From: the human T2T-CHM13v2.0 reference genome, Homo sapiens
Length of the DNA stretch: 64,000 nucleotides
NCBI RefSeq assembly: GCF_009914755.1
Contig: NC_060936.1
Direction: 5' to 3' (one strand)
The position numbers were made by a program, and so were the translations under genes. The notes below the pieces were generated by a model. That model was not told where the DNA came from. It worked only from the letters and a program-made list of their open reading frames with translations, and ran no database searches. Positions 28,901 through 43,289 of this stretch are shown here, piece by piece (within the stretch, counting starts at the first letter, position 1; every line of letters begins with the position of its first letter).

Positions 28901-29828
28901 ACCATAAAAAAACCCTAGAAGAAAACTAGGCAATACCATTCAAGACATAGGCATGGTCAAAGACTTCAAGACAAAAATGCCAAAAGCAATTGCAACAAAA
29001 GCCAGAATTGACAAATGAGATATAATTAAACTAAAGAGCTTCTGCACAGCAAAAGAAACTGTCATCAGAGTGAACAAGCAACTTACAGAAGGGGAGAAAA
29101 TTTTTGCAATCTACCCATCTGACAAAGGTCTAATATCCAGAATTTACAAGGAACTTAAAAAATTTACAAGAAAAAAAGCAAACAATCCCATCAATAAGTA
29201 GGCAAAGGATATGAACAGGCACTTCTCAAAAGAAGACATTTATGCAGCCAACAAACATATGAAAAAAAGCTCAACATCACTGATCATCAGAGAAATGCAA
29301 ATCAAAACTACAATGAGATACCGTCTTATGCCAGTCAGAATGGCAATTATTGAAAAGTCAGGAAACAATAGATGCTGGTGAGGCTGTGGAGAAATAGGAA
29401 CACTTCCACACTGTTGATGGGAATGTAAATTAGTTCAACCATTGTGGAATACAGTATGGCGATTATTCAAGGATCTAGATAGTTCTAGATCTAGAAATAC
29501 CATCTGACCCAGCAATTCCATTACTGGGTATATACCCAAACGAAGTTAAATCATTCCACTATAAAAACACATGCATACATATGTTTATTGCAGCACTATT
29601 TACAATAGCAAAGACATGGAACCAACCCATATGCCCATCAATGATAGACTGGATAAAGAAAATGTGGTACCTATACACCATGGAATACTATGCAGCCATA
29701 AAAAAGAATGAGATCATGTCCTTTGCAGAGACATGGATGAAGCTGGAAGCCATCATCCTCAGCAAACTAACACAAGAACAGAAAACCAAACCCCACCTTT
29801 TCACTCATAAGTGGGTGTTGAACAATGA
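26000..29828 (+). pseudogene. Disrupted L1 ORF2p (endonuclease/reverse transcriptase)
   Basis: [25 protein letters not shown] and [10 protein letters not shown] (catalytic ADD lost); many stops and frameshifts. Confidence 0.9.
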
Positions 29829-30112
29829 GAACACATGGACACAGGGAGGGGAACAACACACACCGGGGCCTGTTGGGAGGACGGGGGGTGAGGGGAGGGA
29901 ACTTAGAGGGTGGGTCAATAGGTGCAGCAAACCACCATGGCACACGTATACCTATGTAACAAACCTGCACGTTCTGCACATGTGTCCTGGCACTTTAAGT
30001 AAAAAATTTTTTTAAAGTGCAGATTTTAATAATTTAATCATTTGTTGTCTGTGTTTTCTCTTACTCATCATTTTGTTGTTTTTATTACTGTTTTCTCTTG
30101 TAATGTTTAGTA

Positions 30113-30402
<290 letters not shown>

Positions 30403-32164
30403 TGTTTAGTGAATTTTTATTCAATTTTGTCATTATCTATAAAATAAACATAGAAATGTTATTTTGTCCAGAGATATTACCCTTTTTTTCTTTTAAACAA
30501 ATAGAGTGAGAGGCTGATTACCTCAATCAGGGATTCAGCTGGACCTGGCAGCATTGCCATTTTGGTAAAACTGAATCTATCTTGGGTGTCCCCCTGTTTT
30601 GAGGGCATGGCTTTCTTGGGCTTTTGATTTAGAGGATGATGGACCTTTATCTCATTCATTATAAAGTATTTGAGGAAATTTAGTTCTGTCATTCAATTTC
30701 CTAGCCCAGCTCTCTAGCATTGCACTCTGCAACCTCAAAATCTGGTAAATATTTTGAGGAGACAATGGACATGGTTTGATGTAGGCCCTTTCCCCATGGC
30801 AGGACTTTCCTAAGCACAGTGAGCCTGGTTTTTATATTCTGTGAAATCCCTGACCAACAGTGACCCAGGTGCTCACTCTCATATCACTCTTGGAAAGGAA
30901 ATGAGAAGAAGTATGCATTCAGTTATTCTCAAACAATCCATGTTTTTCAATAAAATTCTGAAAAAGCAAAAACTAAGTTTGAATAATGCTGTCCTCTGTG
31001 TCCCTGACTGTATATAGCTCATCATAGCATGTAAAGGCTCTGAAAAGAACTGTAGTGAAGAAATTGTTGGATTTTGTTTAATCAGATACTTTCCCAAGTT
31101 TTAAAATCTCAGAACTCTATATTTAGAAGGCCCATTTAATACTCTGCCCAACATATTTTGGGAAATGTTATTAGAAGATTGGTAATATCTGGAACATATA
31201 AATCTGCCTATGACCTAACATGGTAATTGAGGATGTTTGTATATATGTTTAGGTATCCAATCTTTATTTAATTTAAAATGATTTACAAAGATATATATAG
31301 TTTAATATTATAGTGCAAATAAAAGTGAAGTGACTGAAGGGGAAAAAGGGAGGTAAGAATGTTTTAAGCCAGAAATGAGACACGCTAAAAGTACATGCTA
31401 AAATCAATAAGAGTTTTTTCCCCCAAGATGGCAGACTAGAGGCTTTTAGTGTGCCTCAGCCACTTGGAAATAGCAAGATAGTACATAAAGATCAACTCTG
31501 TGTGCTTTATTTCAAGAAGGAAAATGAGAGTCCACTGGAATTGTGAAGGACACCCCAGATCCCAGAGAGGAGAATTGCCGGCAAACAGCCGTTGTGATGG
31601 CATACAGCTGATAAAAGTGAGTGAAGCCCCAGTAAGTGAAAAAGGCAAAGAACCTCCCTCTGTCACTCTCCTTTCCACTGGGGACCCAAACAACCCAGAC
31701 CTTTGTTACTCCCAAGCACTGGAGATAACATGGGGAGAAGCTTGGAGATGCTGTGAGAGAAAGAAATCAAGAAAAGTTGCAGACATTTTCCCAGACCCAG
31801 GACCAAGAGCAAGATACCATTTTTAATCCAGATGCATGCAAAGTCAGCCATTCTTTGACAACTTGGCAGCGTGGCTGTGCAGGTATTTTAGCGTTGGGCC
31901 AGACACTGGAGCACCTGTTCTGGGGTAGGGTAGGAACCTTCACAGCCAGAACTGTAAAAAGCACCTCAGCAGTCACTGCTGAATTGCAGTCTTTCCTGTC
32001 ACAAGCCTGGGGTGGCAGTAGAGCTGCTACAGCTGAAGTTTCTGCTGGGTGGAGAGACTTGCAGCCAGGGCCAGCTGAACAACATGGAACTAATCTGCAT
32101 GTGCCACAACTAGGTGCCCTCCCCTGCCCCGCCCTGATATTGTGGTGCAGCTAGGCCCACTTCA

Positions 32165-32775
32165 CTCCAGCCCCAGGCAGAAATCTAGGTATTTGAATTA
32201 CCTGCTTGCCTGGACAGCAGCCTCAGCTGCCCCACCCTTCCTGGACATAGATCATGATGAAGGGGGATTGGGGTGCCTCCGCTCCACACCCAGGAAGATC
32301 TCCAGGTAATTAGAGCACTTGAGCACCTGGATAAGCAACCTGATTCATCTCACCCTTCCTGTGCAGAGATCCTGGTGCAGGGAGGCCTTTTCTGCTTCAC
32401 GCCCAGGCAAATCTCCAGGCATTCGGAGCACCTACTCGTCTGCTTCAAGAGCCTGAGTCACTCCACCACTCCTGGACATAGATTGTGGTGTAGGGGAGCC
32501 CTTTTTCCTCCACACCCAGGCAGATCTCCAGGCATTCAGAGCACCAGATCACCTGGATCAACAGCCTGAGTCACCCCACCCTCTTATGCAGAGCTCCTGG
32601 TGTAGGGCAGCCCTCTCTGCTCCATGCCCAGGCAGATCTCCAGCTATCTGGAGCACCCACTCTCTTGGATTAGGAGTTTACGACAGAGAACAGACAGCAG
32701 CCCCTTTACAGAGAACTTGGGGATGAGGAGGTTTCCCATTTGCATGCCTAGGCAAACCTCTGGGCACTTGATGGT
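32165..32775 (+). repeat. ~113-bp tandem array (about 5.5 units) in the L1 5' UTR
   Basis: Unit motif ctccacrcccaggcagatctccaggcatt starts at about 32165, 32282, 32395, 32508, 32620 and 32740. Confidence 0.9.
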
Positions 32776-33544
32776 CACCCACGGGATACTCCTTCATTGC
32801 TGGTGCATATGTCTGCCATCAGTGGACCTGTAGGTCGACCTGCCTAGTCTAGCCCTGCGCTTCATGGTTCCTGGCTCCCCAGGGGTCAGAAGGGAGCTCA
32901 GACCACTGCACATTCCAGAAATCAGTCCATTGCCTGAGGCAACAGAGAGCTACTGCCAGGTAAACAAGGATTAAGTATAAACACAGCCGCATTGGCTATA
33001 GCCCACTCTTACCTAGTGCTGGCTATCAACTACAGATTTGTATGTCAAACTTCACAGCCCAATATGAAACCTACTGAAAAAAGTGCATAGGGCTATAAGA
33101 GCAAAACCAAAAGACCCTACCCAGCATTCCTTCAGTTGTACCCCCTATGAAGGCAGGAAAGAAAAAATGGGAAAAAGAAAAACAAAACCCCGCAATATTA
33201 TAGAGAACGAGAACAAAAAAGTCCTACCTGCACAAAAATAATTACAAAAATTGGAAGTGCCAGCATCTTCAGATGATAAGAAACCAGTGCAAAAATTCAG
33301 GCACCATGAAAAATATAAACATAATGAAACCAATAAATGATTGCACTAGCTCTCTAGCACTGGTTCCTAACTAAAATGGAAATTCAGAAATGACAGATAA
33401 AGATTTCAATTCATGGATTGCTAGAAAGTACAATGAAATCCAAGACAAGGTTGAAAATCAACACACAAAAACATCTAAAGCAATACAGGAAATGAACGAA
33501 GAGATAAACAACTTAAAAGAAATCAATCAGAGCTTCTGAAATTA

Positions 33545-33942
<398 letters not shown>

Positions 33943-34150
33943 AAAAAATTCAGAGCTTGAAAAACAGTCTTTTGAACTAACTGAGCCAGACAAAAATAAA
34001 GAAAAATAAATTTTTTTAGTGAACAAACCTTTGAGAAATATAGGATTATGTAAAGTGATGAAACCTATGAATGATTGGCATTTATGAGAGAGAATGACAA
34101 AAGGCAAACAAACTAGAAAACATATTTGAGGAAAAATTCAAGAAAATTTC

Positions 34151-36505
34151 TGCCAGTGCAAGCTTGTGGACACAGCTATCTTGCCCCCACCAGCATGCAC
34201 CTGCACCCTGAGCTCTACCTCCCACTGACACGCACACATGCTGCCACACTGCTGCCACTGCCAGCACTTACTTGTGTGGACATGCTGTCCTGGGCCCACC
34301 AGCACATGTGCACCTTGGCACACTGTCACTGCTGGCACACCTATGCACACAGAGACTGCCACCCACCCCCATGTGGAGGGCGCCACCTCAGCCCCACCAG
34401 CATCCTGGCCCTGATGACATGTGCACACTCCACCACGCAGCAACTGCTGATGGCATAGCCACACATACTGACGCCACAGCCATGCCTCCACTGGCACACT
34501 CATGCAACCTACATCACTGCCACTCTGCTGATGTATGCACATGTGTGTGGACACCCCTGCCTCACCCCTGCTTATGCCCCACCCTCATCAACACGCATGC
34601 ATCCCACTGCACACCACCACAGTTGGCACGTAAGTGCAAGCACAGACCCAACTGCCGGCACCCTGACGAAGCACTTTGGCCCACACCCTCCAGCAGACTG
34701 TTGTTGCCAGCAGACCAGTAGCACCTCAGCCCCTCCAGCACAGCAGGTGCTTAACCATGAAGGGCCAGAAAACAAAGCCTTGGGCCTGGTATCAGTCCCC
34801 CAGGGTTAGAGCATGCAGCCCAGAAGTGCTGAGCTGAGACTTGGGCCTCTAAAATTTTCCAGAAATGCAGCTGGTAAACCCAACTTTTACCATAGTTAAA
34901 CCCCCAAGGGCATAAAAGAATATAAAAGCAAAAAACCCTGGCAACTCAAAATTCCAGAGTATCTTTTTACCTCCAAACAACTGCCCTAGCTCCCCAGCAA
35001 TTATCCTTAAACAGGCTGAAATGGCCGAAATGACAGACATAGGATTCAGGATCCAAATTGAATAAAGATCACTGAGATTCAGGAGAAAGTCTAAACCCAA
35101 TCCAAAAGAATCTAAGAAATCCAACAAACCAATACAGGAGCTTGAAGATGAAATAGCCATTTTAAGAAAGAACCTAACTGATCTCATAGAGCTGAAAAAC
35201 TGACTACAAGAACTTCATAATACAATTGCAAGTATTAACAGCAGAATAGGCCAAACTGAGGAAAAAAATTTCAGAGCTTAAAGACCAGTTCTTCAAATTA
35301 ACACAGTCACATAAAAATAAAGAGAACAGAATAAAAAAGAAAGAGCAAAACCACCAAGAAATAAGGGATTATCTAAGGAGACTAAAGCTTATGACTCATT
35401 GGTGGCCCTGAAAGAGAGAGAAAGGGTAGAGAGCAACATGGAAAACATTTGAGGATATCGTCCATGAAAATGTCCCCAACCTTGCTAGAGAGGTTGACAT
35501 TCAAATTCAGGAAATGCAAAGAACCCCTATGAGATACTGCATAAGAAGACCATCCCCAAGACACATAGCCATCAGATTTTCCAAGTTCACTCAGAAAGAA
35601 AAAATATTAAAAGCAGCTAGAGAGAATGGGTGGGTCACCTACAAAGGGAACCCCATCAGGCTAACAGAAGAGCTTTCAGCAGAAACCCTCCAAGCCAGAA
35701 GAGATTACAGGCCTATATTCAGCATTCTTAAAAAAAAAAAAAAAAAAAAAAATTCAAACAAAAACTTTATATCCAGTCAAACTAAGCTTTAAGCTTCGTA
35801 AGTAAAGGAGAAGGAAGATCCTTTTCTGACAAGTAAATGCTAAGGGAATTTTTAAGCACCAGACCTGCCTTACAACAGATCCTTAAAGGAGTGCTAAGCA
35901 TAGAAATGAAAGACTGTTAGTGGCCAACACAAAACCACACTTAAAAACATAGACAGTTCAGCTGACACTATAAAGCAATTACACAATCAAGTCTGCGTAA
36001 CACCCAGCAAACAACACAATGGCAGTACATATCAATATTAGCCTTGGACGTAAATATCAATATTTGTAGTACATATCAATATTAGTACATATTAATATTA
36101 GCCCTGAATATAAATGGGCTAAATGCCCCCATTTAAAAGGCTCAGAGTGGCAAGTTTGATAAAGAAGTAAGACCCAACTTTATGCTATCTTCGAGAGACC
36201 TATCTCACATGCAATGATACCCATAAGCTCAAAATAAAGAGATGGAGAAAAATCTACCAAGCAAATGGAAAACAAAAGATAAGGAATTGCTATTCTAATT
36301 TCAGACAAAACAGACTTTAAATCAACAATGATCAAAAAAGACAAAAAAAGGCATTACATAATGATAAAGGGTTTAATTTAACAAGAAGACTTAACTATCC
36401 TAAATATATACACACCCAACATTGGACCACACATAATCTTAAAACAAGTGCTTCAAGACCTACAAAAAGACTTAGGCAGCTACACAATAGTAGTGGAGGA
36501 CTTCA
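34151..36505 (+). mobile_element. Second L1 module (B): different partial 5' UTR, decayed ORF1 and ORF2 endonuclease start
   Basis: C/A-rich repetitive UTR 34151-34930; ORF1 peptide PRHIAIRFSK...GNPIRLT; EN motifs gagacctatctcacatgcaatga. Confidence 0.85.
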
Positions 36506-39500
36506 GAAGATGAAAATAAATAATAAAGATCAGAGCAGAAATAAATTAAATTGAAATCAATAAAACAGTCCAAAAGATAAATGAAACAAAACTTTGGTTT
36601 TTGGAAATTAAACAAAATTGACAAACCTTTAACAAGACTGAGAAAAAAAGAGAGGACCAAATAAATAAAATCAGAGATAAAGTAGTAGACATTACAACTG
36701 ATACTCAAAGGATCATTAGTGGCTACTATAAGCAACTATACGTCAATACAATGGAAAATGTAGAATGGACAAATTTCTAGATACATACAATCTACCAAAA
36801 TTGAACCAAAAAGAAATCCAAAACCCGAACAGACCAGGTAATGAGATTGAAACAGGAATAAAAAGTCTCCCAGTAAGGAAAAACCTTGGACCTGACGGCT
36901 TCTCTGCTGAATTCTACCAAACACTTAAACAAGAACTAACACCAATCCTACTCAAACTATTGCAAAAAACAGAGGAACAGGAATAATTTCAAACTCATTC
37001 TAGAAGGCCAATATTACCCTAATACCAAAACCAGACAAAGACACATCAAAAAAATAAAAATACATGCCAATATCCTTGATGAAATTGATGCAAATATCCT
37101 CAACAAAATACTAGCAAACTGAATTCAAAAACACATTAGAAGTATTATTCATCATCATGACCAAGTGGAATTTATCCCTGGGATGCCAGGATGGTTCAAC
37201 ACACACGTATCAATCGACAGGATACATCATAGGAACAGAATGAAGGACAAAAATTATGTGACTATTTTAATTGATGCTGGAAAAGCATTTGACAAAATTT
37301 AACATCATTTCATGATTAAAAAATAAAAAACTTTAAAAAACTGGATATAGAAGGAACACTCCTCAACATAATAGAAGCCATATACAACAGACCCACAGCT
37401 AGGATCATACTGAATGAGGAAAAATTGAAGGCCTTTCCTCTAAGATCTGAAATATGACAAGCATGTCTACTTTCACCAGTGTTATTCAAAATAGTACCTG
37501 AAGTCCTAGCTAGAGAAATCTGACAAGAGAACAAAATAAAGGGCATACAAATTGGAAAGGAAGAAGTCTATTTTCCTTATTTGCAGATGATATGATCTTA
37601 TATTTGGAAATCCTAAAGACTACATCAGAAAACTATTAGAACTGATAAACAAATTGACTAAAGTGACAGGATATAAAATCAACATACAAAAATCAGTAGC
37701 ATTTCTATATGCCAACAGAGAGCAAAATGAAAAAGAAGCCAAAAAAGCAATTCCATTTACAATAGCTGCAGACAAAATTAAATACTTGGGAATTAAAGAA
37801 GTGAAAGATCTCTGCAATGAAAACTTAAAGCATTGATGAAATATATTAAAGAAGTCATCAAAAATGGAAAGATATTCCATGTCCACGGATTGGAGGAATC
37901 AATATTGTTAAAAATGTCTGTACTACCCTGAGCAATCTACCAATTCAATGCAATCTCTATCAAAATACCAATGGCATTCTTCACAGAAATAGAAAAAATA
38001 ACCCTAAAATTTATCTGGAGCCACAAAAGACTTAGAATAGCCACATCTATCCTAAGCAAAAAGAATAAAACTGGAGGAATCGCATTACCTGACTTCAAAT
38101 TATACCACAGAGCTACAGTAACCAAAACAGCATGGTCCTGGGATAAAAAACAGACACATAAACCAATGGAACAGAATAGAAAACCCAGAAACAAATCCAC
38201 ACACCTACAGCAAACTCATTTTTGACAAAGTTGCCAAGTGCTAGGGAAAAGAGAGTCTCTTCAATAAATGAGGCTAGGAAAACTGAATATCCATAAACAG
38301 AGGCATAAAAATAGATCCCCTATCTCTCAGCATATATAAAAATTAAATCAAAATGCATTAATGAGTTCATTCAAAGACCTCAAACTATGAAACTACTACA
38401 GAAACCATTGGGAAAGTTCTACAGGATATGGGATGAGAAAAATTTCCTGAGTACTATCCTACAAGCACAGGCAACTGAAGCAAAGATGGACAAATGAGAT
38501 CACATCAAGTTAAAAAAAACCTGCAAAAGAAACAATAAAGTGAAGAGACAACCCACAGAATGAGAGAAAATATTTACAACCTAACAAACTGAGAAGAGAT
38601 TAATAACCAGAATACATCAGGAGCTCAAACAACTCTACAGGAAAAAAAAATCTAGTAACCTGATTAAGAAATGGGCAAGAGATTTGAAGACATAGAAATG
38701 ATAAACATGCACATGAAAGGTGCTCAACATCATTGATCATCAGAGAAATGAAAATCAAAACTACAATGAGTTATCATCTCACCCCAGTTAAAATGGCTTT
38801 TATCCAAAAGACAGGTAATAACAAATGCTGGTGAGGATGTGGAGAAAAGGTAATTCTTACACACTGTTTTTGGGAATGTAAATTAGTACAACCACTATGG
38901 AGAACAATTTGGAGGTTTCTCAAAAAACTAAAAATTGACCTACCATAAGATCCAGCAATCTCACTGCTGAGTACATACCCAAAAGAAAGGAAGCTGGTAT
39001 ATGAAAGATATACCTACACTTTCATATTTCATGCAATACTATTCACAATAGCCAAAATTTGGAAGTTACCTGTTAATCAATGAATGAATAAATAAAATGT
39101 AGTACCTATATACAATGGAGTACTATGCAGCCATAAAAAATGAGATTGTGTCATTTACAACAACACTGATGGAACTGGATCCATTATGTTAATTGAAATA
39201 ACCCAGGCACAGAAAGGTGAACATTGGATGTTCTCACTTGTGAGATCTAAAAATCAAAACAATTGAACTAATGGAGACAGAGAGTAGAAGGATGATTACT
39301 GGAGGCTGGGTAGGGTAGTGGGGCAATGGCAGGGGAAATGGGAATGGTTAATTGGTACAAAAAATAATTTGAAAGAATGAAGAAGACGTAGTATGTGATA
39401 GCACAACAGGGTGACTCTAGTCAATAATAATTTAACTGTACATTTTAAACAACTAAAAAATTATAATTGGGTTGTTTGTAACACAAAAGATAAATGCTTG

Positions 39501-39618
39501 AGCGAATTGATACCTGATTTTACATGATGTGATTATTACACATTGCACACCTATATCAAAATATCTCATGTACCCAAAAATATGTACACCTCCTATGTAC
39601 CCACAAAAATAAAAATGT
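36506..39618 (+). mobile_element. 5'-truncated L1MA2-like element nested in L1PA ORF2
   Basis: 3' UTR gatagcacaacagggtgact...gtttgtaacacaaaagataaatgcttgag...tatgtacccacaaaaat; flanked by aatagtagtggaggacttca / aataagtagtgggggatttca. Confidence 0.88.
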
Positions 39619-42600
39619 AATAAGTAGTGGGGGATTTCAACATCCCACTGTCAGCATTAGACAGGTCATCAAGGCAGAAACTAACAAAGAGTTTCTGCAT
39701 TTAAACTAGATGCTTGACCACTTCGCCCTAATAGACATCTACAGAATACTCCACCCATCAACCACAGAATATACATTCATACAGAACATACTTCAAGATT
39801 GAGCATATGCTTAGCCATTAAGTAAGTCTCAATAATTTTTTTAAAACTTGAAATCCCACCAACCATACTTTCAGAACACAGTTGAATAGAAATGGAAATC
39901 AATACCAAGAAGATCTCTCAAAATCACACAGCTACATGAAAGTTAAACAACTTGCTCCTGAATAACTTTTGGGTAAACAATGAAATTAAGGCAGAAATAA
40001 AAATATCCTTAAAATAAATGAAAACAGAGATATAACCTCTTGAAATCTCTCAGATGTAGCAAATCAGTGTTAAGAGAAAAGTTTATAGTATTAGATGCTA
40101 CTTCAAAAAGTCAGAAAGATCTCAAATGAATGATCTGACATCGTACCTAAATCAACTAGCAAAACAAGAACAAACCAACTATAAAGCTAGCAGAAGAAAA
40201 GAAATGACTAAAATCAGGACGGAACTGAATGAAATGCAGACTCAAAAATCCATACTAAGTATCGTATCAGTGAAAACCAAAAGTTGATGTTTTGAAAGGA
40301 TAAACAAGGTCAATAAGCCACTAGCTAGATTAACAAAGAAAAAATAAATGAAGATCCAAATAAGCCCAATCAGAAATTACAAAAGTGACATCGCAACCAA
40401 TCCACAGAAATACACAAAAGATCCTCAGAGACTGTTATAAACACACACCTCTACTCACATAAACTGGAAATTCAAGAGGAAATGGATAAATTCCTCAAAA
40501 AACACAATCTCCCAAGATTGAATCAGGAAGGAATTGAAACCCTGAACAGACCAATAACAAGTTCTGATATTGAATCAGTAATAAAAATCCTATCAACCAA
40601 AAAAGCCCTGGAGTGCATGGATTAACAACCAAGTTTTACCAGACATGCAAAGAAGAGCTGGTACCAATATAACTGAAACTATTTGATAAAACCAAGGAAG
40701 AGAGACTCCTTCTTAACTCATTCCATGAACCAGCAGCACCGCCATACCCAAACCTGGTAAAAACACATTGAAAAAGGAAAACTTCAGGCCAGTATCCCTG
40801 ATGAACATAGATTCAAAAATCCTCGACAGAATTCTAGCAAACTGAATTCAACAGCACATAAATATGTTAATTCACCACAATTATGTAGGCTTCATTCCTA
40901 GGATGCAAGGTTGGTTCAACATACACAAATCAATAAATGTGATTCACCACATAAACAGAATTAACAAAAACCATATGATCATCTCAAAAGATTCAGAAAA
41001 AGCTTTTCATAAAATTCAAAGTCCTTTCATGATAAAAATCTTCAATAAACTAGGAATCAAAGGAACATAGCTCAGAATAAGAGCCATCTATGGCAAACAC
41101 ACAGCCAAAATCATACTAAACAAGGAAAAATTGGAAGTGTTCCCCTTGAGAACTGGAACAAGACAAGGATGCCCACTCTCACCACTCCTATTCAACTTAG
41201 TACTGGAAGTGCTAGCCAGAGCAATCAGGCAAGAGAAAAAAAATAAAAGGCATCCAAATAGGAAAAGAAGTTAAACTATCTTTCTTCATAGATATATGAT
41301 CCTACACCCAGAAAACCTTAAAGACTGCCAAAAAGCCCCTGGAACTGATAAACAATGTTAGTAAAGTTTCAGGATCCAAAATCAATGTACACAAATCACA
41401 AGCGTTTCTACATACCAATAATCTTCAAGGTGAGGATGAAATCAAGAATGCAATCTCATTTACAATAGCCAAAAAATAATCATAAAATACCTAGGAATAT
41501 AGCTAATCAAGAAGGTGAAAGATCTCTACAAAGGAAACTACAAAATACTGCTAAAATAAATCACGGATGACACAAACAAATGGAAAAACATTCATGCTTA
41601 TGAATTGGAAGAATCAATATCATTAAAATGACCATACTACTTAAAGCAATATATAGATTCAATGCTATTCCTTTCAAACTACCAATGTCATTTTTTTCAC
41701 ACAATTGTAAAAACCTATTATAAAATTCATGTGGAACCAGAAAAAATCCCAACAGCTTAAGCAAAAAAAGTCAGAGGCATCACATTACTTGACTTCAAAT
41801 TATACTATCGGACTACAGTAACCAAAACTGCATGGTACTACTGGTACCAAAACAGGCACATAGACCAATGGAATAGGTTACAGAACCCAGAAATAAAGCT
41901 GTATTTCTACAGCCATGTGATCTTTAAGAAAGTCAACAACAATAAGCAATGGGGAAAGAACTCCCTGTTCAATAAATGTTGCTGGGATAACTGGCTAACC
42001 ATATGCAGAAGAATGAAACTGGACCCCTACCTTTCACCATATAAAACAATTCACCAAGATGGATTAAAGATTTAAATGTAAGACCTCAAGCTATAAGAAT
42101 CCTAGAAGAAAGCCTAGGAAACACCATTCTGGACATCAGCCTTGGAAAACAATTTATGATTAAGCCCTCAAAAGCAATTGCAACTAAAACAAATAATGAC
42201 AAGTGGGACCTAATTAATCTAAAGAACTTCTGCACGGCAAAAGAAATTATCAACAGAATAAACAGATAACCCACACAATGGGATGAAGTATTCATAAACT
42301 ATGTGTCTGACAAAGATCTAATATACAGAGTCATCTAAAAGGAACTTAAATCAACAAGAAAAATAAATAAATAACCCCATCAAAAAATGGGCAAATACAT
42401 GAACAGACACTTCTCAAAAGAAATCACACAAGCAACCAAACAAACATGAAAAAATGCTTGACATCACTAATCATCAGAGAAATGCAAATCAAAGTCATAA
42501 TGAGATACCATCTCATACCAGTCAGCATGGCTGCTATGAAAAGGTCAAAATCAACAGATGCTGGCATGGCTATGGAGGAAAGGGAATGCTTAAATATTGT

Positions 42601-43140
42601 TGGTGAAAATGTAAATTAGTTCAGCACTGAGGAAAGCAGTTTGGAGATTTCTCAAAGAACCTAAAAGGGAACTACCATTTGGCCTAGCAATTCCATTACT
42701 GGGTATATATCCAAAAGAAAACAAATGGTTCTACCAAAACTACACATGCACTCATAAGTTCATCGCTGCACTGTTCACAACAGCAAAGACATGGACTCAA
42801 CCTAGCTGCCTATCAACAGAGGATTAGACAAAGAAAATGTGCACCATGGAATACTACACAGCCACAGAAAGAATGAAATTATGTCCTTTGCAGTAACATA
42901 GATGCAGCTGGAGGCCATAATTCTAAGTGAATGAACCCAGGAACAGAAAACCAAATAACACACGTTCTCACTTATAAGTGGGAGCTAAGCATTGGATACA
43001 TCTGGATATAAAGATGGCAACAATAGAAATGAGTGATGGGTTGATTCTTAACCCAAATCTCAGCATCACTCAATATACCCAGGTAACAAAACCTGCACAT
43101 GTACCCTCTGTATCAAAAATAAAAATGAAAAACAAAAAAA
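39619..43140 (+). mobile_element. Remainder of L1PA16-like ORF2 and 3' UTR
   Basis: Resumes at the EN GDFN motif; 3' end ataaagatggcaacaataga...ctcagcatcactcaatatacccaggtaacaaaacctgcacatgtaccc plus poly(A); the G-rich UTR tract is deleted. Confidence 0.88.
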
Positions 43141-43289
43141 GAATAGCACTTCTTTTTACTAGTGGACAATAAATTTCACTCAGGATTCTGATACCTAGAG
43201 TTAAAAATGTAAAGTAATGCCCTTCCAAAATGTTGTTTTTGTTATTCTTTATTATTGTAATGCATAATTCCTTGCATTTTCCATATATT

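Larger units (their letters stand above)
23578..30013 (+). mobile_element. Full-length (~6.4 kb) inactive L1PA10-like LINE-1
   Basis: 5' UTR start ggggccaagatggctaactag, ORF1, ORF2 (EN, RT, C-terminus), and 3' UTR gggagggaacttagagggtgggtcaataggtgcagcaaaccaccatggc. Confidence 0.93.

Noticed and set aside
23578-30013. Potentially active full-length LINE-1 or novel reverse-transcriptase system
   Set aside because: ORF1 and ORF2 are broken into many short frames and the RT catalytic motif reads FAEN instead of FADD; it is a standard dead L1
32165-32775. CRISPR-like repeat-spacer array
   Set aside because: Whole units are homologous with no unique spacers, the context is a eukaryotic L1 UTR, and there are no cas genes
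34126-34809. Dense overlapping ORFs on both strands
   Set aside because: Stop-poor, GC-rich repetitive L1 5' UTR; no recognisable protein
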